From Takakia lepidozioides (Eukaryota; Plantae; Bryophyta): a DNA stretch of 64,000 nt. This document shows, one piece after another, positions 26,367 to 38,499 of this stretch. The notes under the pieces were generated by a model. The model was not told the DNA's origin. It saw only the letters and a list, made by a program, of their open reading frames with translations, and did no database searches. The stretch lies in assembly GCA_030704615.1 (NCBI GenBank), contig CM060734.1:22630001-22694000 (forward strand). The letters run 5' to 3'. The translations under genes and the position numbers were made by a program. The first letter of the stretch is position 1. Each line of letters starts with the position of its first letter.

Positions 26367-29300
26367 TCACTGGTCCCCTGGATCCATATTCAGAAGAGTG
26401 TGAACCTCCTGGGGGCTCAACCCTGGTGCATGTATGAAGTGATGAGTTGTGGAATTACAACGGAGTCTCTTTAGGTACACGTAGTACAAATGCTTGCAAG
26501 GGCAGTATGATGCCCCCTTGTTCGCCATGATCTGGAAGTCGGTGCAATTGCAGGTGGGTAATTCTGAAATGGTGATGGTGTACACCTCATTGCGAACAGC
26601 TGAGCCCGCCGTGGCCATCTGATACACACGCCCGAATCCTGGTGGGGGCACTTCTGTCGAGCTCTGGATTGTACAGTTCATCCGAAGTGCATTCCCCATC
26701 CTTGTCTCGTTCACTTTTGAGGGAGGTCGCCGCCTCTTCGGTTTCCCCCAACGGTGTGTAGGATGCTTAGAGCTGTCGTGTCCCATTGTTCTTGCTCTCA
26801 CAGGGGTCGGTGGTGGAGGCTGTGGAAGCGGAAATGGTTCTCTGGGGACGTCAGTGCGCTGCACCATCCGAAATCCTGCGGCGGTAAGGGCGTCGGCCTC
26901 AACCTGACTCAGATCGCAGCCTGGTTCCACCGGCCACACCGGGGGAGCCTCTGGCATTGTTTGTATGCCGTACTTGGGCTTTCCATACACGCAAGTCATA
27001 ATGTCGTGCCTGCAGAACCAGAACTGGGTGGTTGTCGCCTCCGCAAACTTTGCATGGACAAATCTTCCTGTAAAAGTAGGAGCAAGGACAGCCCCATCTG
27101 GATTCCTCCTTATCATCTCTAAACAACGTTGCCGTGTATCCACACGAATTGCGGAACACCTTCCTCGAAACGACGGCTTTGTGCGAGCAATTCTCCACTG
27201 TGATGCAGACACAGTCGTCTCCACAATGGCTTGGCCATACTGCATAACAGCGGGCGGAATGTGGGGCAAGGGAGCGGTGGGAATTTTTTGCACGAAATCC
27301 CCGGTTGAAGGCGACGGCGATCTGGAATTTCTTGGGCTTCCACTGCTGGAAGACACATTGTGCGGCAACATGACGGGACCTCGAGGTGCTGTCGAATGTT
27401 CCTGTCGGATCTCCAGGAATCCTCTTCGCACCCGGGTTCCTCTTCAATCCTCCGCCTGACAGGGCGAGTCCGGACGTCCCCCTCTAGGTGTTCACCTCTG
27501 CGGTGCAGAGGCGTCCCTTTGATCTTCTCTCGCAATGCTGTCGCCCATTTCACTGGATTCTTGGACCTCGAAGCTGTTCGTACCAACAATTCCTCCCTGT
27601 CCGGCCCAAAGCCCCATTGTTTGCCGCTCAGGAACTTGTAGTACGTGGCTTGCTGCATGATTGCTCTGTCGATGTCCTCCGTTGTGGCCGTCACTACGTC
27701 CACCAGATGTGCGGCAGAAGACGCTCGCCAGGAGGAGTGGACCGATTCTGCCATATTCGTGTTCGGCATGTCCGTGTCGGAATCCAAGCACCGCTCCTAG
27801 AAGGACACAAACAATGGTGAGGGACCAATCGAAATGTCCGTAACAGAAAGACAAATGAACGAAATTGACAGCAGCCTACCTCCCGCATGTACTGTCCGAA
27901 CTGTCGATACCGAAAATGCCACCACCCCAACCAGCTGTGCAATGCTCCCAGATTGGTTGTCTCCACTGCACCTGACGTGTTCCACCAAGCCTCGATGATA
28001 GCAAACTTAACCTCCGCGTCATCAAATGTGGGTGCATCCTTCCACGCCGTACAAAGGACACGGTGTTCAGCCTGGAATGAGATTGCAACAAATTTGGTAG
28101 TGTAGTGGGATAGACTCTGCATCCAATGGAATCCACAGGATCTCTCTTTCCCCTCCATTGGAACATTGGGGTCCTCACCGTACACACGCCGCACCGCTGC
28201 CCAGTTGGCCTGAGCGTTGTCTGCCATGAATCCCCTGAAATTGGGCTCTGGCAATCCCGCCCTTGCCATCTGCTGGTTTATGCCTCCCACAGATGCATTC
28301 GGACTGTGTGTCCTCCCCTTTCATCTCGCAGATTGCAATCGTCATGAGCCTCTTGGAGTGATAGTCATAAACATGCGCACCCATAGTCACCCACTGATGG
28401 TTTGTAATTCGCTTGATGTGATCAAACATCACCCAAGCATTCGACAAGTTTCCAGTTGTCATGCGAGTGACCAAGTCGACTCCACTCCCAGGCCCACACG
28501 TCGACATTTTGAAAATGTAACAACGATCGGATTCGCTGCCTTGCCCTGGAAACCTGCTACCTTGGATGTAGTCATATCCAGTCATTCGTTTCACCTCCAG
28601 GATTGAGTACATGTCCGACCCCCTGCCGAACTCCTGCTTGCAAGATACGATGTGATTCCGCACATTCGGACTACAAACGTGCGAGACGGACTCCAAGAGG
28701 TCACGCATCTCGTCTTCGGTCAAGGGCTCTCGGTCGGAACCATCTTCAGACATGATTTTGCCAAGAGCAATCTTGTGGGCTGCCTTCAGCTGAATCTGCT
28801 TTGGTCTGGCTCCGGGGCTCAATTTCACCTCCTCTTTTATGATGTCGTGTGCTTCCTGCACAGCCTCACGCATGTTGCCTCTCGCCAAGGGGTGGCAGTG
28901 GACCCCAACGTGTATGCAAGCTCTAGTCAAGTCCGGGAGCAAATGGATTACGTAATATTGCTTGGCTCTGCACATGGACATGCACGTCGGTGGTTCTTTG
29001 CAATGTGCACACTTGAAAGAACCCGCAGGAGCTTGGCTGGAGACAATGAATGGATGATGCGTTGTGCCAGTCCAATCCGTCTCGTTTCTCCGCCCTCCTT
29101 TGGAGAGAAAGTGGAAGCAGGTGGGATTGAGGCACCTCAGCTTCCCCGCACAGAGGACATATCGTACACGAACACCATCAGCAATTTTCGTGCTACTGGT
29201 CTTCGTCACACACCAGGGGTGTCCGTCATGCTTTCGATCCATGTCTGTTAACATCCCGGAGGCTTTCTTTGACGAAGAAACAGGTGGAAACTCGAAGATG

Positions 29301-29971
29301 ACATTGCCATCGACTTCGGGAGGCAGAAAAGTTACCTTTCTGACTGGGAATTTGGCATAGTCGAGAGCAGCCAGCTCGGAGCGAGAACCATCGAGGTGAT
29401 GTTGTCGTAGGAGCTGCACAATGGACCGGGTTGGAGTTATGCTCGAGGGCACATTCGTAGCACCGACAGAGACGTCCATGCCGGATTTGAACGACCGTGT
29501 GGAGGACATGGGTACCTCAATGCAATCATCTTCCTCGTCGGAAATGTCGAATACGTCCACACGAGAAGCTATGGAGGGTCTTGACGGTCCAGGTCGGGAA
29601 TGATTATCGTTGCATACCTCTCTGTTGGCAGTGGCCGCCTCTCGGTTTCCGGACTCCTTTGTGGATGGTGTGGGCAGCGACTGATTCGGAAAGGGAATGG
29701 GCATTCCCACAGCTCGGTACAGGATGGTGTCTGACGGGGGAACGTGCCATTCGATTCCGCAACCTCCGTCGTTACCTAGCACGACAATGGTCTCGTCAAC
29801 CTGTCCAGGAACATCCTTCCTTTCTTCTTCCAAATAAACTGTGCCCGGTTTGAGCTTGAATTTGGAACAAAGGTAAGTTTCAGTCACTCTGCAAAGTCCT
29901 CCCTCGTTTGGGATCCAGGCTCTCCCAAGTTGCGGAGGACAGCAAACTATAGCGTAGGAATTCGGAGCCAT
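26367..29971 (-). CDS. MULE-type DDE transposase with N-terminal GCM/WRKY-like zinc domain and C-terminal SWIM (intron and frameshifts)
   Basis: HDGHPW..CAGKLRCLNPTC..CAHC..C..HVGVHCHP; WVMFD; GFMADNAQA; CGFHW (CxxH); TNMAESVH; SWIM CNC...CKHLYY. Built from ORFs 28175-30157, 27694-28290, 27119-27787 and 26367-27431; likely start MAPNSY at 29971. Confidence 0.85.
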
Positions 29972-30399
29972 CGAACACCGCACGGAGTTGGCAAGTGCGA
30001 GGTTCAGTATAGCGACAGACCAAGGCTCACAGGCACCATCTAAGTGGATCTGCGGAGTCCATCGACGATTGGAAGTCGCACATTGAAGTGGAAAGTATTG
30101 TTTCAAGCTACATGCATGAAGTGGGAGGTTTGATTCCATAGCCAGTAAGTATGACAATGATGGCCGATTCGGCGACGAAATAACATCTCCTGACAGTTTC
30201 TCCTGAGGGTGGATCCAGCAGTATTCTCGATGCAGACAGGAACGTTCGCACTGACAAGTGCCAGGACTGTTAGTTAAAACGGTCAGACAACCAAGTTGTG
30301 CTCATCAAGACTGGCCGCAATTGTGTTGTTTCGGAACAATGCAACCCATTCAGGTTCCAGATTTCCCGTCCCGAGTGATTCTTTCGATTGCTGGTGGAC

Positions 30400-32090
30400 G
30401 GAAATACGGCGCCGCATTTCCGTATTGCATCTTGGTCATGCACCAAAGCGACGGAAATGCGGCACCGAGTTTCCGTCCGGGGGAAACCTTTATACTCTCC
30501 AGAACGGAAATGCGGTACCGCATTTCCGTTCTGATTGAGAATTATGAACAACGGGAACAGAAATGCGGCACCGCATTTCCGTCCGAGTCGCACTTTTCCG
30601 ACATTCCAGAACGGAAATGCGGCGCCGCATTTCCATTTTGTATCTGATGCATGGAGCTGAGGGATAGAAATGTTGCAGCACATTTCCGTCCTTAAAAGAC
30701 ATTCATACTCTCCATAACGGAAATGCGGTACCGCATTTCCATCCACCAAGCACGGTATGTGAAGGTGGAACGGAAATGCGGTACCGCATTTCCGTTCTGA
30801 TTGAGAATTATGAACAACGGGAACAGAAATGCGGCACCGCATTTCTGTCCGAGTCGCACTTTCCGACATTCCAGAACGGAAATGCGGCGCCGCATTTCCA
30901 TTTTGTATCTGATGCATGGAGCCGAGTGCGATTCCGACAGCTTCATACAGCGCAATTCCGACCGCTTGAGACATTCATACTATCCAGAACGGAAATGCGG
31001 TACCGCATTTCCGTTCTGACTGAGAATCGTGAACCATCTGAACTGAAATGCGGTAGCATATTTCCATCCAAGTCGCACCTACCAACATTCCAGAACGGAA
31101 ATGCGGTACCGCATTTCCGTTCTGACTGAAAATCGTGAACCATCGGAACTGAAATGCGGCAACGCATTTCCATCCGAGTCGCACCTCGCAACATTCCAGA
31201 ACGGAATGTATTAGATTCAAAAGGGAAATGCGGCACCGCATTTCCGTTCTGATGAAATATCCTGAAACATCGGAACTGAAATGCGGTACCGCATTTCCGT
31301 CGGAGTCGCACATTCCGACATTCCAAAACGGAAATGCGGCGCCGCATTTCCGTTTTGTATGTGAGGCATGGAGCTGTGGAACGAAAATGCGGCACAGCAT
31401 TTCCGCCAGCGTCAGACGTTAATACTCTACAGAACGGAAATGCGGTACCGCATTTCCGTTCTGACTGAAAATCGTGCGCAACGGGAACAGAAATGCGGCA
31501 CCGCATTTCCGTCCGAGTCGCACCTTCCGACATTCTAGAACGGAAATGCGGCGCCGCATTTCCGTTTTGTATATGGGGCCTGGAGCTGTGCTACGGAAAT
31601 GTGTTGCCGCATTTCCATCCATGTGAGACCTTCAAACTTTCCAGACCGGAAATGCGGCACCGCATTTCTGTCCAGGTGAGACCTCTATACTTTCCCGAAC
31701 GGAAATGTGGCACGGCATTTCCATTCATCAACTAACGTATGTGAAGGGGCAACGGAAATGCGGTACCGCATTTCCGTTCACATTGAAAATCATGAACCAC
31801 GGGAACTGAAATGTTGTGCCTCATTCCCGTCCGAATCGCACCTTTCGACATTCCAGAACGGAAATGCGGCGCCGCATTTCCCTTTTGTATCTCATACATG
31901 GAGCTGTGGGACGGAAATGCGGCACCGTATTTCCGTTCAACAACTAAGGTATGTGAAGGTGGAACGGAAATGCGGTGCCGCATTTTCTTCCAACAAGTAC
32001 GGATGTGTAGCTTTGTGATGGTACTTAACGGAAATGCGGCGCCGCATTCGCATTTTCGCTCCAACTCATCAGACGCTGGGACGGAAATGC
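30400..32090. repeat. Array of ~30 palindromes GGAAATGCGG-NN-CCGCATTTCC at ~53-bp period
   Basis: Motif starts at about 30401, 30454, 30507, 30560, 30614, 30667, 30720, 30773, 30826 ... 31861, 31914, 31967. Spacers fall into a few recurring classes. Confidence 0.95.
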
Positions 32091-35000
32091 CTTGAAATGT
32101 GAACACGTGGAGCAACGGAATTGCTGCACATGTCGGCACTCTATCTGACTGAAGGGGCATGAGGCGGCGCGGCCTGACCGTTGGATAATGATGTTTGTTT
32201 TTCGGACGGCAGGCGTACCCTGAACGATTCGAATTTCGTAATGACGCAAAGTCCACGAGGAGACACTTTCGTCCAACCCTTTCGAACCCAAGTGGTGCAT
32301 CACCGCCGTTTCATCTACTTTTGTCGTGTCTCCTCAGTCACCCCTCTCGCGCCCTTTCCATCTGCACTCTTTGCCCCTTTTCCCTCTCTCTGTTTTCTTA
32401 TGCTCGAACCTGAGAGGGGGGAGTTCGTGCACCAGACAGGAGACCTCGTCGCAAGCTCCGGAAATTATACTTCGGACGTAGGCCAATGCCGAAGGGGAGG
32501 AAGCAGATGCGTCTACAGGAGGAGATTGCCATCTCCGAGCAGCAGGCCACTCAGGCAACCCAGCCACCAGTGAGAGCTCCATGCGATTGGGCTGCGCGTA
32601 GCTGATCGAGCACCGAACCCCCCATTTTGCTTCTGTAATTCTTAGACTGAATGCTAGGAGACTTGAATGCAGAACATGTTTGCATGCCTAACAGGAAAGG
32701 TGGACGTGCTGGAGGGATCGCAGGAATCAAAGAGCCGCAGGAAGAGTCCGAGGAGCTAGCTGCAGCACGTACACCCACCCGATCCCGAGCGCGGGTATTC
32801 CTGCCGGGCCTAGCCCTGTGCGATTCAAAGACGCGTCTTCGAAGGGCAAGTTCAAAGCCCCAGAGATCGACTCGCGTTCTTCGGTCATGGAGAATCGCCA
32901 GCAGGGGTCGGGCCCTTCTCCAGCAAAGTCGAAGAAGAAGCAGCCCGTCCCTCTACTGGCTTCTGAACCGGCTCAGGCCGATTCACCCCCCCCAACGCGA
33001 ATGAAGCAGCAGGGTAGAAGACAGATTCAATTGCAGCAGACACCTTCACCTGCAAGGATGAGAAAGCAGAAGGCAATCAGGGCGACGGGCGAACAATCTC
33101 CCGCAAAACCGCTTCCACGAGCTGAAGCTCAGTTCCTGGAGGATTTCCCGCCTGCAGATGTTGGGGCCGACTCTGCTGCAGCGAAGGCAATGGGATCGAC
33201 CGTTGATCTCGATTTGGTACCGGAGGAGGGTGCTGCCGCTCAACGTTCGCAGCAAGACCTCACCACCGATGAGCAAGCAGGCCCGGAGGAGGCCTCTGCA
33301 ATGGCAGAATTGCCCGCAGACAGGCCCCAGAGTGCAGCTCCAGTTGAGGATGCTCCAGCTGCTCAGCCACTACCGGCACCTACAGACATGTCTCCGGAGG
33401 ATTTCAAAAGTGCAGCGGATAAAATGTTGGAGGAGACACACAGTAGCATTGGCAGAGTTCTGGGCAGCAGGGTATTCCAGCGGACTCTTCGAATCCCACT
33501 CTGTCGCATGGTCTCCCTTCCCATCGTCAGGCAGGCCCTTCCCGGAGATGTGGATAAGCTCAAGTTCGCATTTTGAGAAGGGTACCGTCTGGGATCGGCA
33601 GCGTTTTACGTTTCCATTGAGAATGAGGACGGCGAAACTCGTGGACCCACTGCTGATGAATTGTCAACGTGGGATACCCACTGGCACACTCGCAACAACG
33701 AATTCGAGGCGACGCTGAAGGGTGATCCAGACTTCGGCCATATGTCTGGTAAAATGTTCTTTGTGTGGGACGGGAATCACCGACTTCTCGCCTGGTGGAG
33801 TACATCAAGCAGAACCATGCCAAGCACATTGGCTGGCATTACATGGTGGAGTGTGTCATCCTGAAGGTGAAGGCGGCAGACTCCTCCCTGCTCAAGAATG
33901 CCATGGCGGACCTCAACTCGTAATATACTCATACCCTCCCTAGCACGTTCGAAATGCGGTGCCGCATTTCGGTTTCCATTCTGGTTTGTTTCCGTGCTTC
34001 CGTGTACTGAACTGGAGAGTGTGCCTTGCAGGGTCACTGAGAATGCGTACGTGCATACCCACATGGCACATATGTTGTACAGGGTGAGGAAAACTGGTCT
34101 CACTGATCCGCAGATGTTTGCGGAAATGCTGGAGCCCGAGCTCATTCAGAAAGCCGTTGCAAAAACAGACCGGACATGGTATCGTCTCACTATGGATGGA
34201 ATGGTGGAGGTGATATACGAAGTAAGTCGTCCTCCAATTTCCCTCTGCTCATCCTTCCCCAATTTTCAGTAATGTTTCCACATGAATCGAATGTAACGCT
34301 TCTGCATGTTTTTGTTGGCAGTCAAACATCAAGCTGGATTTGGCCCATGCCAAACGCTTCTTCATGGAAAGTGAGGGGCAGGTCAAAACGTTGCAGTCAT
34401 TGACTGAGCACTTGAAGGAAGCCGGTGTCAAGTCCAGAACCAAATACAAGTCAAAGCTTATGAAGCTGGTGGCAATTGCAGATCCGGCACTTGGAAAGGA
34501 CTTCATCCCCGAGATTGCAAAACACTATTCTCGGGCCATGCAGCCGACCATGCAATTGGAGAGACTGCATCACCTCTCAACGGCATGTGTGGAGGCGAAA
34601 GAGAAGGTGAGGTTTCAATGCACTGAAGTTCCTTCCTAGCAATAGCCACTCTCTTCCAGCTCCTGACATTGGATCGGAAATGGCAGACACGGTGGCTGTC
34701 GATCTGGAATGCATCCGAGAGCATAAGGACAATGTGGTCTTTTCCACTGGAAGTTTCCGACCCTGCAGTGGATGTGTGGCTCAAGCGTATGACTTGGTGG
34801 TTCCAGGTAATTCAAGGTACTTCCCCAGATTTGCTTTTCTGACATGAATTCCCTGAACTGCTACGTGACAATGCATTTGGGAATCGCAGGTAATGTCGAA
34901 TGCGAAGGAGCAAGTCGTAATGCACACAAATTCGTTCGGCTTGTATGTCAAATGGGATGGAACACAGACATTGGAAGACTACGTGACACGTTTCAGATGT

Positions 35001-35709
35001 GCGTACAAGGACAATCTTTTCGCCAGAGAGCTACAGACAGCAAGAAGGAGCGTGGAGTTTACACATCAGGAGGGAGCGGGGAAAGCTGCAATGCGAATTG
35101 TTTACAGGTGAAGCACAACTGCCCTTGTATGCGAAGCCTGGTTACGAGGTTTGTCTCGGAAATGCGGCACCGCATTCGCATTTTATGTTTTCGGTGGCAC
35201 TCTGCGAGTAGGTTGGTCTCAACTTTTGCTCACGCATGCTGACTGCCTTGCAGGTATATGAAATACGTGCTCCTTCAGACAGGGGCCCTGGCTCAAGAGC
35301 CCCCGTTCTTCATGGCTTGGACCGTGGCGGGCCCAAGCTGTGTCTACACACCCGAGATGCAGAAACAATGGCATCCCGCGCATCTCGTTGGATGCCCGTG
35401 GTACCTGGACATGTCTGGCGGTATTGTTGACGAGTCAGAGAAAGATCTGCACGCCCTGGCAGAAGAGAAGAGAAAGGAAAGACGTGTCCCTGCTGGGCCA
35501 AAGTCGGCAAAGGAATCTGCTGCTCTGGAAGAATCCAGAAAGGCAGCTGAGATGGCACAAAAGACGGTGGATGCAACTGTGCAGGCCCAACAGAAGGGGT
35601 CGAAGAAGAGGACTCGCCAGCAAGGAGCAGCTGTTGTGACACCCGCCAAAACGAAGAAGCAAAAACAGCCTGTTCAGGAAGAGGGTGAGGAAGAGGACTC
35701 CGATGGAGA

Positions 35710-36066
35710 TGTCAAGTTAAATAAGCACAGTGTGAAAACAGCTAGAATAAAACTAGTTATTTGTATTTAACACTTGGATTTAGGTCAAGTGTTAAATCAG
35801 GTGTCAAGTTTAGTTTGACACCTGGTCTGCCTTATCTTCACGAGAGCGGCAGTCGCGCGGCTCATCTCTCTCGAGTTGAGCCTGCGCGACCGAGCTCCTG
35901 CATTGTTGAGGACTGAGTGTGCTTATGATGGGAGTGTAGGTTGTTGTGGGGTGGAGTCCCCATAGCTTGGGGTGCCCCTGGCTCGACTTCTATTTTAAAG
36001 AGTGATCTTGAGGGATTGCATATTTCTTGTGTTGAGAGTGTGTGTCCTTTACAAGTTTGTTTATCA
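35710..36066 (+). repeat. 5' terminal repeat, segment A (357 bp; LTR lacking its first 85+2 bp)
   Basis: Near-identical to 47395-47751, 47840-48196 and 48285-48641. Confidence 0.95.
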
Positions 36067-36082
36067 CTCGAGAGAGATGAGC
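36067..36082 (+). promoter_or_regulatory. Self-priming primer-binding site (Tf1-type)
   Basis: CTCGAGAGAGATGAGC directly follows the ...TATCA LTR end and is the exact reverse complement of 35860-35875. No TGG tRNA-type PBS. Confidence 0.8.
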
Positions 36083-36247
36083 GTTATCTAGTGTGCTGGT
36101 GCTAAGCTAGATACAATGTTTGTTTTAGCATTATTATAATATATATCTTGGGGCGGGAGTCCATCTGGCCTTGCTGTTTTGCTGGTCTGTGCGCAAGAGC
36201 ATAGGTGCTGTACAGTCCATTAGAGGGAGAAGGAGAAGGTTGCAGAG

Positions 36248-36795
36248 ATGGAGAAGGCAGCGGACAGGCATTGAGGGAATGTGGTGCTGGTGCTGGACTT
36301 CGGATCGCAGTATACGCATCTTATCACCGTCGTGTCCGACAGTTCTCTATTTGCCCCTTTGCTTACCTGCTGGTACCCCCTTGGAAGCCATTCAGGGGCT
36401 CAATCCCTCCGTTATAATTCTCTCAGGTGGACCCCGTTCTGTCCATGAAGAGGGCTCTCCAACTGTGCCTGATGGCTTCTTCGAGTACACAAGGAATCAT
36501 GGGATCGTAGTGCTTGGCGTTTTACGGGCTGCACCTTATTGTCAAAGTGCTGGGAGGAGAGGTCAAGCAGGCGGAGAGCCAAGAGTATGGGCGCATGTAA
36601 ATAGCTGCTGTGAAGGATAGTAAAACTATATGGTGATGCAGAGAGCTTCTCAAACCCGGTCGTGTGGATGAGTCATAGTGATGAGGCAGTTAACGTTCAC
36701 CAGGCTTTCACGTCGTAGCCACCAGTTTGCAGGGCAACATTGCTGCCATTGAGAACAGCGCTGCTGGAATTTATGCTCTTCAATATCATCCCGAG
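36248..36795 (+). pseudogene. Captured intronless GMP synthase glutamine-amidotransferase domain fragment
   Basis: [48 protein letters not shown] across frameshifts. Confidence 0.88.
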
Positions 36796-37145
36796 GGTTT
36801 TGTGGCAAGGCCAGAGGCTGGGACGGACGGGTCTCTCAATCTCATGATCTGGCAGTGCACTTTACCTGGCAAAGCTGGGACTGATTGGGAAGGGGGATTC
36901 TACCCAACTGCAATCCATTTCAGCGAGGACTATCCCAGTAAGCCACCCAAGTGCAAGTTTCCCGCAGGCTTCTTTCACCCGAACCTGTATCCGTCAGGCA
37001 CAGTGTGCCTCTCTATCCTCAATGAGGACTCTGGGTGGAGACCAGCCATCATCGTGAAACAAATTCTGGTTGGCATCCAGGAGCTGCTAGATGCCCAAAT
37101 CCAGCTGACCCAGCACAGACTGAAGCGTACAACTATTCATCCAGG
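36796..37145 (+). pseudogene. SCE1: Captured intronless SUMO-conjugating enzyme (UBC9/SCE1) fragment
   Basis: GFVARPE..NLMIWQC.LPGK.GTDWEGG.YP...[54 protein letters not shown], then [12 protein letters not shown] after a frameshift. Confidence 0.92.
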
Positions 37146-38499
37146 TCAAAAAGTCACAGGTGGACCAGCTCAAGGTCTGAAACTCCCCCAAGTCTGAAAC
37201 CTTCCAAGGCTGTTTACAACATGACAAGAAAGCAGCAGAGATATACCTGCTTACTGGCAAAGAGTCAGTGCTAGGAGCTGCATTTGATCCAGAGCTACAC
37301 TCTGTACTGGAGCTGGCCAGTGATGCTGAGCTGTTTGAACTATTGAACATTCTCTATGGACAAAGCCTGCTGAGCCTGCTGTTGAAGTCAGTGGCGCTAG
37401 ACGGAGGTGCTATACGGGCTGCTGGTTGATCAATGGGTGTTGGATCTTCTTCCTTTGTCCACTCCTTACCTGTGAAGAAGTGCCCTGGTGGAAGCTTGGC
37501 AGTTGATCCAGTTACTAATGGAAGCCCTACCGCAAACAAAGAGTGTTGCTGAGAGACAAGGAAAGTACCTGAACAAATCTTTGAACAAGCTGGCACAAGC
37601 AGGTGGTGGTCAGGCTGGGGCCTTTTGTAGAGATCCTGTGGGCCTTTAATGAGCAAGTGATCCAACCATACTCTAAGCTCAGGCGTTGAGCAGCAGCCTT
37701 ACAGGTGAAGCTATAGGGTCCCGTGGGAACAATTTCTGCAGCTACACAGGGTGTGTTAGTGGCCTAAGAACAGCTTAGAAATGCTTCAGTGCAAGCCCTG
37801 GAAATTGTGGGCGTCAATGCCCGTTGCAGGAAAACATGAGAGATGCGAATTAGACCAAGTTGATGGAACTTCAAGCTAGTCTTGGCTTTGGATTCCATGC
37901 AAAGACGGCCACATCACAGCAGGCCGCCTATCCATAAGCCATGAAGGTGCTGCGCAGTGCATCTACTCTTGAAATCGCTCCACTCGCTGGTTTGCAGTCT
38001 CTAGGTCTCGAGGAGGAAGGCCCACGCGCAGAGAAAAGCAAATCGTGATACCCACCCAACTGAGGTCGAGTGTTGGAATTAACGAGCTCTTGGTGCCTGG
38101 AGAATCCTGGAGGGGAACGACCTCGGGAACTCGTAGATAACCTGGGAACAGGTTGTAATGACAAAAGCGTTTTGGTGTTAAAAAAAAAACAAAGCCTTTT
38201 TGATCTAATTTAAATGTTTAAAGAGCCTGGTGGTCATATCTTTGTCAAATGAGCTCCGTTTGACTCAGTTTTTGAGGGGATAGCTGCAGAAAGGGGAAAT
38301 CTACCTACCTACCTACCTACCTACCTAAATCTGCTAAAAATCTATGGAATTTTTAGAGTGTGAGTGTGCCATGAAAGATCCACAATCCTGTCTCTAGAAC
38401 CTGTGCTGGTCTATATTAGAGACAAATCTGTGGATGTACTCCTTGTATGGCTGGGGGAAATGAGGACGTCGTTGAAGGGCAGGTCTCTTCTCTTAGCCT

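Noticed and set aside
30400-32090. CRISPR array
   Set aside because: Spacers recur in a few related classes rather than being unique, no cas genes are present, and the context is a eukaryotic transposon.
30258-32256. ORFs with repeated RKCGAAF / GNAAPHF / EMRRRIS peptides (also 51327-52250)
   Set aside because: These are translations of the DNA palindrome in all six frames.
36727-37197. Functional host SCE1 or GMP synthase gene
   Set aside because: Truncated, frameshifted, intronless and inside the retroelement leader.
37354-38164. Further captured gene fragments on the minus strand
   Set aside because: Plausible, but no family recognised.
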